From Pirellulales bacterium (GTDB taxonomy: Bacteria > Planctomycetota > Planctomycetia > Pirellulales > Pirellulaceae): a stretch of 64,000 nucleotides of DNA. Position 1 is the first letter of the stretch; each line of letters starts with the position of its first letter. The notes beneath the pieces were generated by a model. It saw only the letters and a list, made by a program, of their open reading frames with translations. It ran no database searches and had not been told where the DNA came from. The stretch spans positions 4,023 through 68,022 of the forward strand of contig JAXMBP010000023.1 in NCBI GenBank assembly GCA_046349795.1, written 5' to 3'. This document shows, in pieces, positions 41,744-51,516 of the stretch. The position numbers were made by a program, and so were the translations under genes.

Positions 41744-44425
41744 ATGACCACAGCAAATTCATCACAGCCAATTACCCACACGGCAAAAAATTCACCTGTG
41801 GTCGAACTGTTGGCACCGGCTGGTGATTGGGACTGCGCGCGAGCTGCCGTCGAAAACGGTGCCAATGCGATCTACTTTGGCTTGGATGTCGGCTTCAACG
41901 CCCGAGCGCGAGCCACGAATTTTCATGTGGACGATTTACCTAAGTTGATCGACATGCTCCACCGCCAAGATGTCCGTGGCTATGTGACCTTAAACACGTT
42001 GGTGTTCACGGACGAATTGCCAAGGTTGGAACAGAACGTGCGACTGCTGGCTCAAGCTGGTGTTGACGCAGTGATCGTTCAAGATTTAGGTGCCGTGAGG
42101 TTGATTCGCGAGATTTGTCCTGAGCTGGTTATTCATGCTAGCACTCAAATGACGCTTACCAATGCGATGGCTATCGAGCAGGTTCGAGAGCTTGGAGTGC
42201 GCCGAGTAGTTTTGGCACGCGAGTTATCGATTCGCGAGATAGCTCAGATTCACAAAGCGACCGATATGCCTCTGGAAGTTTTTGTGCATGGTGCTCTGTG
42301 CGTGGCTTACAGCGGACAGTGTTTGACTAGCGAGTCGTTGGGCGGTCGCAGCGCTAACCGTGGTCAGTGTGCGCAGGCGTGTCGCTTGCCTTATGACTTG
42401 TTGTGCGATGGACAGGAACGTGACCTCGGCGTAGTAAGATATCTGCTGAGTCCACAGGATTTGGCGGCTCACGATCTACTACCGCAACTGGTTGAGGCCG
42501 GTGTCACCTCGCTGAAGGTCGAAGGACGCCTGAAAACTCCCGAGTACGTTGCGAATGTTTGCCAGCAGTATCGACGAGCCATTGATGCAACTTTGCAAGG
42601 CACGCACCAGCCGTTGACGAAACTGCAACAGACCGAGCTTGAGATGAGCTTCTCTCGAGGCTTCTCGCCTGGATGGCTTGAGGGTTGTGATCACAAGCGA
42701 CTTGTGCCGGGCCTGAGCAGCGCCAAACGCGGCGTGGAAATCGGTTCGGTCGTTTTACATCGCGGTCCAAGATTAACTCTTGAATTGGATTGCCCACTGG
42801 CCATCGGAGATGGCATTGTTTTGGAGGGAGATCGACTGGCCGGAAAAGAGATCGGTGGGCGCGTTTATGAAATGTGGCAGAACAGTCAACGCGTAGAGCG
42901 TGCCGAGTCCGGTCAGATTCAAATTGCACTACAGCACGGCCTTTTGGACGGAGTAAAGCTTGAGTTACCTCTGAAGGCCTTCAAGACCGACGATCCTCAG
43001 TTAGCCAAGCGGCTTCGCAAAAGTTTTGAAGGAGCTGATCCGCAGAAACGAGTGCCCGTTGATCTCAAAATTTATGTAGCGGAAGGTAAGCCAATTTTGC
43101 TGATCGCCGAAATAGCCAAGATTGTTCCATCTGATCATGGCAGTGCTCTCACGGAGTCGGTCGAGATCCACAGCGACTGTGTACCAGAGGCAGCACGCAA
43201 ACATCCGATATCTGCAGAAAAACTTCGCGAACAACTGGATCGATTGGGTAGCAGTGTCTATCGCTTGGAGCAATTCGAGGCGGTGATCGAAGGGTTGCCG
43301 ATGGTGCCTCTGAGTGTTCTGGGACAATTGCGACACGAGCTGATTCAGCGACTGGATGCGGTTCGCGGCACTCCATCGTTAGTCTGTGCAGCGGAACCAG
43401 TTGCCGAGCGAATGATTCTTGAATCCAAAGCAGTCAGCAGTGAGCCTGATCAGAATGACGGAATGACTAACAACGAAGTTAAGCCTGCGATACTTCGAGT
43501 GCTATGCCGTTCGCTGGTGCAGTTACAGCAGGCCCTGGAGGCCGGCGCGATGCGAGTGATTGCCGACTTTCATGACATTCGACAATACCGCGAGGCGATA
43601 GATTTGGCAGAACGGATCGGTGCAGAGATTGAACTTGCGACGCTGCGAATTCACAAGCCTGGCGAAGACGGGCTGTTTCATGCCCTGCGAAAGATCTCGC
43701 AAAGTGGCGATCGCAATGTGGGCTGGTTGGTTCGCAGCTTGGCTGCCGTGCGCTACTGCCAGCAGCATTCACTTCCGATGGCTACCGATTTTTCGCTGAA
43801 CGTGACGAATCCGCTGACTGCCGAGCAACTGGTGCGTTGGGGAGCTAGCCGCGTAACTGTATCGTATGATCTGAACCGGGATCAACTGATCGAGCTTGTT
43901 AAGGACTGTTTACCGCATCGCCTTGAAGTGGTTATTCACCAGCACATCCCCATGTTCCATATGGAGCACTGCGTTTTCTGCAGCGTGCTTAGTCCTGGCA
44001 AAAATAAATCAGATTGCGGTCGCCCCTGCGATCGTCACGATGTGAAGCTGCGGGATCGTGTGGGAGCTGAGCATGTGCTGCACGCTGATATTGGTTGTCG
44101 CAATACACTCTACAACGCGACCGCTCAAAGCGGTGCCGAGGCGGTGGCTCACTTGCGAGGCTTAGGCGTTCAACAGTATCGCGTAGAACTTTTACGGGAC
44201 ACTCAAGCTGATCAAACTAAACGGCTCGTCGAGTTGTATTCGCAGTTGATCGATGGCCAGTTGCAAGGCACTCAAGTGTGGCAAGAGCTGAAGGCGGATA
44301 ATCGAATCGGAGTCACGCGGGGCACCCTTGAGCAGCCTCGCAACCCTCTTTGCCATTTTGTAATTGTGTTATTCTCAAGACGGAACCTGGCGAATCCCAC
44401 TGCCGCTGTGGTCGCGAGGTCGTAG
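41744..44425 (+). CDS. Peptidase U32 family protein with DUF3656 (RlhA-like rRNA hydroxylase)
   Basis: ELLAPAG, HASTQM, FVHGALCVAYSGQC, SANRGQCAQACR, LKVEGRLK; second degenerate U32 domain. Confidence 0.9.
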   Translation: MTTANSSQPITHTAKNSPVVELLAPAGDWDCARAAVENGANAIYFGLDVGFNARARATNFHVDDLPKLIDMLHRQDVRGYVTLNTLVFTDELPRLEQNVRLLAQAGVDAVIVQDLGAVRLIREICPELVIHASTQMTLTNAMAIEQVRELGVRRVVLARELSIREIAQIHKATDMPLEVFVHGALCVAYSGQCLTSESLGGRSANRGQCAQACRLPYDLLCDGQERDLGVVRYLLSPQDLAAHDLLPQLVEAGVTSLKVEGRLKTPEYVANVCQQYRRAIDATLQGTHQPLTKLQQTELEMSFSRGFSPGWLEGCDHKRLVPGLSSAKRGVEIGSVVLHRGPRLTLELDCPLAIGDGIVLEGDRLAGKEIGGRVYEMWQNSQRVERAESGQIQIALQHGLLDGVKLELPLKAFKTDDPQLAKRLRKSFEGADPQKRVPVDLKIYVAEGKPILLIAEIAKIVPSDHGSALTESVEIHSDCVPEAARKHPISAEKLREQLDRLGSSVYRLEQFEAVIEGLPMVPLSVLGQLRHELIQRLDAVRGTPSLVCAAEPVAERMILESKAVSSEPDQNDGMTNNEVKPAILRVLCRSLVQLQQALEAGAMRVIADFHDIRQYREAIDLAERIGAEIELATLRIHKPGEDGLFHALRKISQSGDRNVGWLVRSLAAVRYCQQHSLPMATDFSLNVTNPLTAEQLVRWGASRVTVSYDLNRDQLIELVKDCLPHRLEVVIHQHIPMFHMEHCVFCSVLSPGKNKSDCGRPCDRHDVKLRDRVGAEHVLHADIGCRNTLYNATAQSGAEAVAHLRGLGVQQYRVELLRDTQADQTKRLVELYSQLIDGQLQGTQVWQELKADNRIGVTRGTLEQPRNPLCHFVIVLFSRRNLANPTAAVVARS

Positions 44426-44497
44426 CGCGATCATTGTTAGGTCAGGGCGGCAAGCTCGAATTTCATGACAAACATCCTTAACTGAGTTGTACAAGCA

Positions 44498-45328
44498 ATG
44501 CCAGAACTGCCTGAAGTTGAAACGATGCGACGCGGCCTGCTGCCCATCGTTGGTCGCCGCATTCAGTCGGTAACTACGCCGCCTTGCTCGTGTAAGCCGA
44601 TCTCGATCAAACCCAGTATGATTGAGATCGCTAGCGAGCTTATCGGGCAAAAGGTTCAGGACATCTCAAGAATCGGTAAGCGAGTGCTGATCGAAACCAA
44701 CCTTTGGGCGCTGGTGTTGCAGCCTAAGATGACGGGCTTGGCAACGTTGGGCGATGTCCCTGATCCAGGGCACGTTCGACTCTTGATCCAGTTAAGTGGT
44801 CGGCCAAAACTGTGCACACAATTCTGGGACCGCCGGGGATTGGGGACCGTCGAAATGATCGCCAAAGATCAGGTACATTCGCAACTGGTCGAGGGGAGGC
44901 TTGGGCCGGATGCATTAGCAATTACCGAAGATGAATTCCATCACAGACTAACGGTCACTCGTCGAGAAGTGAAGGTAGCGTTGTTGGATCAGAAGATTTT
45001 GGCTGGCGTGGGAAATCTTTACGCTTCCGAAATGTTGTTTGCTGCGAGAATAAATCCTCAGTTACCCGCCAGCCAACTGTCCAAGCGGCAGACAAAAAAG
45101 CTCCATCAGGTGATGCTTAAAATTCTAAACACGGCCATCCTGCACGAGGGTTCGACGCTCTCTGATGGTACCTACAGAAACGCGCTGAATGAGGCTGCGG
45201 GGTACCAAAACGAGCACCAGGTATACGACCGTGAGGATGAAACTTGCCCAGGTTGCCATAAGCGGGCAATCATACGAATTGTCCAAGCTCAACGCTCAAC
45301 CTTTTACTGCCCAAGCTGCCAGAAGTAG
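44498..45328 (+). CDS. mutM: Formamidopyrimidine-DNA glycosylase
   Basis: MPELPEVET; LLDQKILAGVGNLYASE; C-terminal zinc finger CPGC...RSTFYCPSCQ. Confidence 0.95.
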   Translation: MPELPEVETMRRGLLPIVGRRIQSVTTPPCSCKPISIKPSMIEIASELIGQKVQDISRIGKRVLIETNLWALVLQPKMTGLATLGDVPDPGHVRLLIQLSGRPKLCTQFWDRRGLGTVEMIAKDQVHSQLVEGRLGPDALAITEDEFHHRLTVTRREVKVALLDQKILAGVGNLYASEMLFAARINPQLPASQLSKRQTKKLHQVMLKILNTAILHEGSTLSDGTYRNALNEAAGYQNEHQVYDREDETCPGCHKRAIIRIVQAQRSTFYCPSCQK

Positions 45329-45966
45329 AACGGCACATTGCTCTTTGGTCCACAGGGCTAGCCCACCGGACAATTTTGACGGCAGCATTCACCCAATAGT
45401 GTCCCAGCAGCCTTGGCCTGCGACAAAAAATCTGCGGCTAGTTCAAAGAGGCTAACTCGAATTCGTCGAGATACAAAACTCAGCCCTCAAATATCGGATG
45501 CCTGTGCCGGCAATTGGGCTATGACAATACAAGCATCGATTGAAAAGCAAAAAAAAGCTCCCTTTAGGCGATGTAAGGGCGACGGAAGCGACATCGTCTG
45601 GCAGTCGGATTCTCCTGTCCAGAAGCTCCCGTCAAAGTTGACGTGACGCACTGAGTTTACGCGACCGAGACATGCGCAAATCGGCTTTGCATGTCGAGTT
45701 ACGCAATTTCGGTTTCTCAAAAAAATTTTCTTGACTTCGTTTCTCAGCCATGAATAATCCACCCGTAGCTTTTCGGAAACAGAGGTCTTTCAGGAAAGAT
45801 TTCCGACCTAAAAGCCAAAGAAACCACGCACAATGGTGGCTCCTGTTCAAAAACTCCTCTTTGAGGAGCTTTTCAAGGAATGCGGGGCTGCCCCACGAAC
45901 GACAAAACAACAGCACCGAGCTGTTAGACAGATATTCACCACCCCTCAGCGTAACAGGATATTGCA

Positions 45967-46194
45967 ATGAGCGACGTATGCAAAAATGTGTTTGAGGCCA
46001 TTCTGAAGTACGGTCACGACGAAGATTTCGATCCAGCAGTGAACGAGTATTTTCTGCCTACCGATGCCCCAGCAGGCTCATCAGAGAAGATTGAAGTTCT
46101 ACGCAAGCGAGTTGAACTAGGACAGCCACTATGGCACCGAGACGACCGAGTTGACTACGCAGGTTTGACCGGCGTTATTCGTCCTCGCGAGTAG
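45967..46194 (+). CDS. Small hypothetical protein (75 aa)
   Basis: AGGA RBS; PTDAPAGSSEKIEVLRKRVELGQPLWH.DD looks like a small protein motif I associate with planctomycetes; followed by a terminator. Confidence 0.75.
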   Translation: MSDVCKNVFEAILKYGHDEDFDPAVNEYFLPTDAPAGSSEKIEVLRKRVELGQPLWHRDDRVDYAGLTGVIRPRE

Positions 46195-46222
46195 ATTCGC
46201 TAAACGCACAAATCGAGAAACG

Positions 46223-46252
46223 CAAAACCCGGCCTCCAAAGTCGGGTTTTTT
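46223..46252. terminator. Intrinsic terminator between convergent genes
   Basis: AAAACCCGGC-ctccaaa-GTCGGGTTTTTT hairpin with T-tail. Confidence 0.75.
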
Positions 46253-46272
46253 CGTTTGATTCTATAGGTCTA

Positions 46273-48006
46273 CTAGAAAATAGCAGGTTCCTCGCCCGGC
46301 GAACGTCCGACTAAGAAATCGAAATCGCAGCCTTCATCCGCCTGAGTCACATGATTAGCAAACATGGACAAATAGCCTCGCGTAAATTTAGCTTCAGGAG
46401 CTCGCCAGTTCGCTCGGCGCCTGGACAACTCCTCATCGCTCACTAGCAACTCCAACTTTCTAGCTTGCACGTCCAGGAGGATTTCATCGCCAGTTTGCAC
46501 AAGTGCCAGTGGGCCTCCGACGTAGGACTCGGGTGCCACGTGCAAGACGCAGGTACCATAACTCGTTCCGCTCATTCGCGCGTCCGAAATGCGAACCATA
46601 TCTTTCACACCCGCTCGCAACAATTTTTCTGGAATCGGCAACATGCCCCACTCCGGAAAGCCTGGGGCGCCCAATGGTCCAGCAGATTTCAAAACGATCA
46701 CAGAGTCCGCTGTGACATCCAAATCGGGAGAATTGATTTTAGCCTTCAGTTCTGCGTAGTTTTCAAACACGATCGCTGGACCGCGATGCTTCAGCAATCG
46801 AGACTCGGCGGCTACCGGTTTAATCACGCAACCATTTGGAGCCAAGTTGCCTCGCAGAACATAGGTCCCGCCGGATTCTGAGAGTGGTTGCTCGCGACGC
46901 CGAATAACCTCTTCATCGATCACTTCGTGTCCGGCAATCTGTTCACCGAGCGTTTTTCCAGCGACCGTTGAGCAATTTCCATCAATCAGGTCTGATAGAC
47001 GACTGAGCAATGCGCCAAGACCGCCCGCGTTGTAAAAATCCTCCATCAAGAAGCGTCCCGCCGGTCGCAGGTCGGCAAGTACAGGAACTTTGGCAGACCA
47101 GTAATCGAAGTCGTCGAGCGTAACCTTGCAGCCTGCTCGACCAGCCATAGCGATGATATGCACAATTGCGTTTGTTGATCCGCCGATGGTCAATTGAGTA
47201 ATGATGGCGTTGATAAACGAGGCTTGAGTCAGAATGCGACTTGGCGCTAGTTGCTCCCAAGCGAGTTCAACAGCGCGACGGCCGGTAGCCACGGCTAAAC
47301 GGCTGTGCTCAGAAACTACGGACGGAATCGAACTGGCCATTGGTAGCGTCATCCCCATTGATTCAGCGATGCAAGCCATCGTGGATGCGGTACCCATGGT
47401 CATGCAGGTACCAGCGGATCGAGCGATGCAGTTCTCGATCGTTCGCCAATCGCAGTCTGGCAGTTCACCCGCTCGACGAAGGTCCCAATACTTCCAAGCG
47501 TCCGAACCACTTCCCAAAGTCTTGTCTTTCCAGCGAGCCTTCAACATTGGTCCAGCGGGAAAAAAGATCGACGGTATGTCGGCAGAGAAAGCTCCCATTA
47601 ATAGTGCAGGGACGGTCTTATCGCAGCCGCCCATCAGAACAGCGCCGTCCAGTGGATGGCAGCGAAGTACCTCCTCGGTCTCCATTGCCAGCAAGTTGCG
47701 ATAGAGCATCGTGGTGGGCTTCATCAACATTTCGCCCAGGCTGACAACGGGAATCTCTACTGGAAATCCTCCCGCTTGTAACACACCGCGTTTGATCTCC
47801 TCCACTCGCTCAGGAAAATGAGAGTGGCACGTATTCAAATCGCTCCATGTGTTCAGAATGCCGATGATAGGTTTGTCGCGATAGTCAATATCGTCGACGC
47901 CCATTCCCTTCAGTCGCGAGCGATGCCCGAAACTGCGTAGATCATCGGGCTTGAACCAGCGAGCCGAACGAAGCTGACTGGGATCGCGAACTATTTTTTC
48001 TGTCAT
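46273..48006 (-). CDS. IlvD/Edd family dehydratase (L-arabinonate dehydratase-like)
   Basis: LRSARWF, NTCHSH, PTTMLYRNL, GGCDKT, CMTMGTASTM, GGSTN, RISDARMSGTSYG. Confidence 0.92.
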   Translation of the reverse strand: MTEKIVRDPSQLRSARWFKPDDLRSFGHRSRLKGMGVDDIDYRDKPIIGILNTWSDLNTCHSHFPERVEEIKRGVLQAGGFPVEIPVVSLGEMLMKPTTMLYRNLLAMETEEVLRCHPLDGAVLMGGCDKTVPALLMGAFSADIPSIFFPAGPMLKARWKDKTLGSGSDAWKYWDLRRAGELPDCDWRTIENCIARSAGTCMTMGTASTMACIAESMGMTLPMASSIPSVVSEHSRLAVATGRRAVELAWEQLAPSRILTQASFINAIITQLTIGGSTNAIVHIIAMAGRAGCKVTLDDFDYWSAKVPVLADLRPAGRFLMEDFYNAGGLGALLSRLSDLIDGNCSTVAGKTLGEQIAGHEVIDEEVIRRREQPLSESGGTYVLRGNLAPNGCVIKPVAAESRLLKHRGPAIVFENYAELKAKINSPDLDVTADSVIVLKSAGPLGAPGFPEWGMLPIPEKLLRAGVKDMVRISDARMSGTSYGTCVLHVAPESYVGGPLALVQTGDEILLDVQARKLELLVSDEELSRRRANWRAPEAKFTRGYLSMFANHVTQADEGCDFDFLVGRSPGEEPAIF

Positions 48007-48037
48007 GTTGTCAGTAGCTAGGCAAAGGCGTCAGGGA

Positions 48038-49564
48038 TCACTCGTAATCCCACTTTTGAATCCAGGGGTCGGACATCGATTCTTGGAACTGCTTTAGTCG
48101 CTTCTGATATTCAGCTAGTACGCCCTTGAACTCTGGCTTGTCGGCCAAGTTGTTGGATTCGCCTGGATCTGATTGGATATCGTACAGTTCGAACTGTGGG
48201 CGATGGATGTATTGCTTGACCGTCTTGTTTCCGTAGTTGGCATCCAGTCCTTTTTGAAACTGTGCTTGCCAGCTCGATGCGGCCCATAAGTCAGATGCAA
48301 ATGGATAAGGCAGAGGGTGAGCGATGTTCCAAATCAATTTGTACTTTGTATCGCGCACAACTCGCATCGGATAGTACATCTGAATCTCATGAAATGTATG
48401 CGATGCAAAAATGGTGTCCCAATGAGTTTTGTTGGCATCGGCTAGTGTTGGCAGCCAAGAGCGACCATGATACTGGTCAAATGCTTCACCGCCATTTGTG
48501 TTTTCAACAGGAGCTCCAGGCGAAGATGGCTCGGGCCTGGGGGAGTTGCCATACTTCTTCGGTCGATCACCCGCGGCTGCCAATCCACCAGCATAGTCCA
48601 GAAGTGTTGGTGTGATGTCGATATGACTGATCAACGCTTGGCTTTCGAAACCGCGCTTTGGTTGATAAGGATCGCGAACCACCATTGGGATCTTGAGTCC
48701 AGGATCGTAAACGGTAGTCTTGCCGCCTGAGAAGGCCATGCCGTGATCTGAAGTGAAGACAAAAAGCGTCTTCTCGTACAGACCAGCTTTCTTGAGTATT
48801 TCAACTAACTTGGCGACACCCGCATCAACACGCGAACTGGCTTGGTAGTACTGAGCTAACTCTTCGCGAGTTTCTGGAGTATCGGGCAGAAAGTCTGGTA
48901 CAGGGACTTCGGAGGGCTTGAAGAACTGCTCTGTTATTCCCGGAAATTTTCCTTTGTTTGGTTTGTTACCGAATAAGTCTGGCTTGAGCGTCAACTGGCT
49001 TGTTGCATCGGTACCTCCGCCACGGTGAGGGTCTGCTGTGGCAAAGTAGAGCATAAACGGGCGATCATCCTTGTCAGTAATAAAGGCTTCGCAGTTCTTG
49101 GCCATCTCGACGGGATTGCGGTTGTTTCCCTTGAGATAGGTTTCAAAGTTGTAAACGCTTTCGGGTCCAACGTGATACTTGCCGCAATGCGCCGTTCGGT
49201 AACCCGCTTGCTTAAGCACATTCGGCAAGCTCAAACGTCCTACATCACGAAAAGATAGGAACTTGTGGAAGTGATGCTCATGGCCATACTGTCCATTGCG
49301 GTGATTGTGTAATCCGCTCATGACCACACTTCGGCTGGCACTGCACGACGCGGTCGTAGCAAAGGCATTTCTGAAAACTACGCCATCGGCAGCAATGGCA
49401 TCGATGGCAGGCGTCCTGGCGACTTTGTCTCCATAACAACCCAGCGTGGGACTGCCATCATCGGTGATAAAAAAGATGATGTTTCGTTCAGCGGAGTACA
49501 GCGATGAAATAGAAAAACTTAGAAACCAAAAGCACGAAAGGAAAATCAATCGTGAGGTTTTCAT
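48038..49564 (-). CDS. Sulfatase (N-sulfoglucosamine sulfohydrolase-like)
   Basis: Signal peptide, NIIFFITDD, formylglycine motif CSASRSVVMSG, GKYH, TSDHG, ELYD..DPGE. Confidence 0.92.
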   Translation of the reverse strand: MKTSRLIFLSCFWFLSFSISSLYSAERNIIFFITDDGSPTLGCYGDKVARTPAIDAIAADGVVFRNAFATTASCSASRSVVMSGLHNHRNGQYGHEHHFHKFLSFRDVGRLSLPNVLKQAGYRTAHCGKYHVGPESVYNFETYLKGNNRNPVEMAKNCEAFITDKDDRPFMLYFATADPHRGGGTDATSQLTLKPDLFGNKPNKGKFPGITEQFFKPSEVPVPDFLPDTPETREELAQYYQASSRVDAGVAKLVEILKKAGLYEKTLFVFTSDHGMAFSGGKTTVYDPGLKIPMVVRDPYQPKRGFESQALISHIDITPTLLDYAGGLAAAGDRPKKYGNSPRPEPSSPGAPVENTNGGEAFDQYHGRSWLPTLADANKTHWDTIFASHTFHEIQMYYPMRVVRDTKYKLIWNIAHPLPYPFASDLWAASSWQAQFQKGLDANYGNKTVKQYIHRPQFELYDIQSDPGESNNLADKPEFKGVLAEYQKRLKQFQESMSDPWIQKWDYE

Positions 49565-49568
49565 CGGC

Positions 49569-50480
49569 TTAGCGCATCCACAACGAGATCGAAATGAGTG
49601 CCAACGTTAGGGGCAAGTGAAATAGGCTGACGTGCAGCATTTTTCTGGCTGTCGGGCGATCTTTGACTTTGGTGAATCGAATTGCAGACCATAATTGCCA
49701 AACAGACAAGCCAACATTCAGCGCACACAACACGGCTAATAACATCGTTGTTGGCGGTACTGCCAAAACCGCCAGAATGATCAGAGCAATCGACCCCAGA
49801 ATTGCATGCCAAGCTGCACCTCGACCGCTTGGGTCGGTCACAGAGATCATCTTGTAGCCAGCCGAAGCATACTGCTCTTGATACATCCACGCGATAGCCA
49901 TGAAATGTGGTAACTGCCAAGCGATCAAAACACCGAGCAGAATCCACGCGTAGGGCTCTGCCAACGATCGTTCAGCGGCCGTCCAGCCCATCCAGACTGG
50001 CAAAGCTCCTGGAATCGTACCAACCAAAGTGTTTGTCCAACTGTACATTTTCAGAGGTGTGTAGACCCCAACATACAACGCCCAGGTAGCTAATCCAACA
50101 AGCATCGTTGGAATGTTGACCAAGAATGCAAGGTATACAGAACCGACTGCAACCAGCGCCCAACCCATCCAAGCAGCTTGGCTCGATGCAACACGCCCCA
50201 TCGGCAATGGCCGCTTGCAAGTTCGCATCATGATCGCGTCTCGCTCTCGCTCCATCCATTGATTCATCACACTGGCACTGGCAGCAACGCAGGCTGTTCC
50301 AACACAAGCATGAAACAATCTCAACAAGCCAAGGTCGCTTCCTGCTGCCATGAACGCCATCGCCACTGTGATCAGAATCATCAGCAGTATGCGAGGCTTC
50401 GTCAGTTCGATGTAGTACGAAAGACGAGCGCGAGTCGGCGTGGCGAGTGTTGTGGCTGTATGTTCCAAGTTACGGCTCAA
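49569..50480 (-). CDS. ctaB: Protoheme IX farnesyltransferase (heme o synthase)
   Basis: ELTKPRI, NQWMERERDAIMMRT..RPLP, YTPLK, WQLPHF. Confidence 0.95.
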   Translation of the reverse strand: MSRNLEHTATTLATPTRARLSYYIELTKPRILLMILITVAMAFMAAGSDLGLLRLFHACVGTACVAASASVMNQWMERERDAIMMRTCKRPLPMGRVASSQAAWMGWALVAVGSVYLAFLVNIPTMLVGLATWALYVGVYTPLKMYSWTNTLVGTIPGALPVWMGWTAAERSLAEPYAWILLGVLIAWQLPHFMAIAWMYQEQYASAGYKMISVTDPSGRGAAWHAILGSIALIILAVLAVPPTTMLLAVLCALNVGLSVWQLWSAIRFTKVKDRPTARKMLHVSLFHLPLTLALISISLWMR

Positions 50481-50499
50481 CTACTTTTGAACGATGAGG

Positions 50500-51516
50500 C
50501 TAACAAACTTTCGGTTCGGCAGTTCGACTACGCCAGGATCTAATACATAGCACTGTGGCTAAGCTGATGATCAACGCGCCAGTAGCCACGTGACCTGTAA
50601 CGATCATGCTTTCCCAATAACCTTTGGCTTGAATGGTGTATTGCGAAAGGTCAGCCGATAGGTCCTGCCATGGTAACGCGTAATTGACGATCCAAGTAGC
50701 GATACCCAAGCAAATCTGTATGAATACCACGAACAGTATAGAAACTCCGGGCCACTTCACACCCCCTAAGAGGTGGCGATTGTTGAGTGCCAGAAATGCA
50801 ACCCACAAACTGGCAATTAACACGACAAAAGCCAGGGTCAAATGTATATGGACTAGGCCCATAAATGCGCTGGGTTCTGTTCCCCCAGTGACGTGACGCA
50901 CCTGGGCACCTGCGACAACTTGGCAGTAGGCGAAAGCAAGTAACGCGGTTCCAGCCTTCGCCAGGTGTTTACTGGCTGGCAGTGATCCAGAATGGGCGAG
51001 GAGTTCGCTGATTGATCTCCACCACTGGGAACTCATCACCGCAGTTGCAGTAGCGATGGCCAGGAACAACTGCCCAGTACAACCGTGAATCATGGCGAAA
51101 GTTCGGGCATCTAGTCGAACTCGCAGTCCGCCTAGAACCCCCTGCGCAATGACAGCTAGTAGAACAAACACGCACCACCATTTGAACCATTTGCGATCCT
51201 CTCGCACCCAAGCTGCCACCACCAATCCAATCGCAAAAACACCAGCCAGTGAACCGAGCAGTCTGTGACCATGCTCGACCATCAAGTCAAAGCCACCATA
51301 CAACCAAGTCGAAGGAGGATACAAGAACATGTTCCAACCGTAGGTCTTTGGCCAATCGGGAACTGCCATGCCAGCCCCGTACGTCGTAACCAATCCACCG
51401 ACCCAGATCAACGGAAATACCGAGATGGTCAGGATGACCGCTAAACGATGAACCGCCGGGCTGTAACCGTGCGAGTTGCTGCCATCCACATGTCCCGTTC
51501 GCTCTGTTTGGCTCAT
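50500..51516 (-). CDS. ctaA: Heme A synthase (COX15/CtaA)
   Basis: GGLVT..GAGMAVPDWP, EHGHR, QGVLGGLRV, conserved His residues; adjacent to ctaB. Confidence 0.88.
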   Translation of the reverse strand: MSQTERTGHVDGSNSHGYSPAVHRLAVILTISVFPLIWVGGLVTTYGAGMAVPDWPKTYGWNMFLYPPSTWLYGGFDLMVEHGHRLLGSLAGVFAIGLVVAAWVREDRKWFKWWCVFVLLAVIAQGVLGGLRVRLDARTFAMIHGCTGQLFLAIATATAVMSSQWWRSISELLAHSGSLPASKHLAKAGTALLAFAYCQVVAGAQVRHVTGGTEPSAFMGLVHIHLTLAFVVLIASLWVAFLALNNRHLLGGVKWPGVSILFVVFIQICLGIATWIVNYALPWQDLSADLSQYTIQAKGYWESMIVTGHVATGALIISLATVLCIRSWRSRTAEPKVC

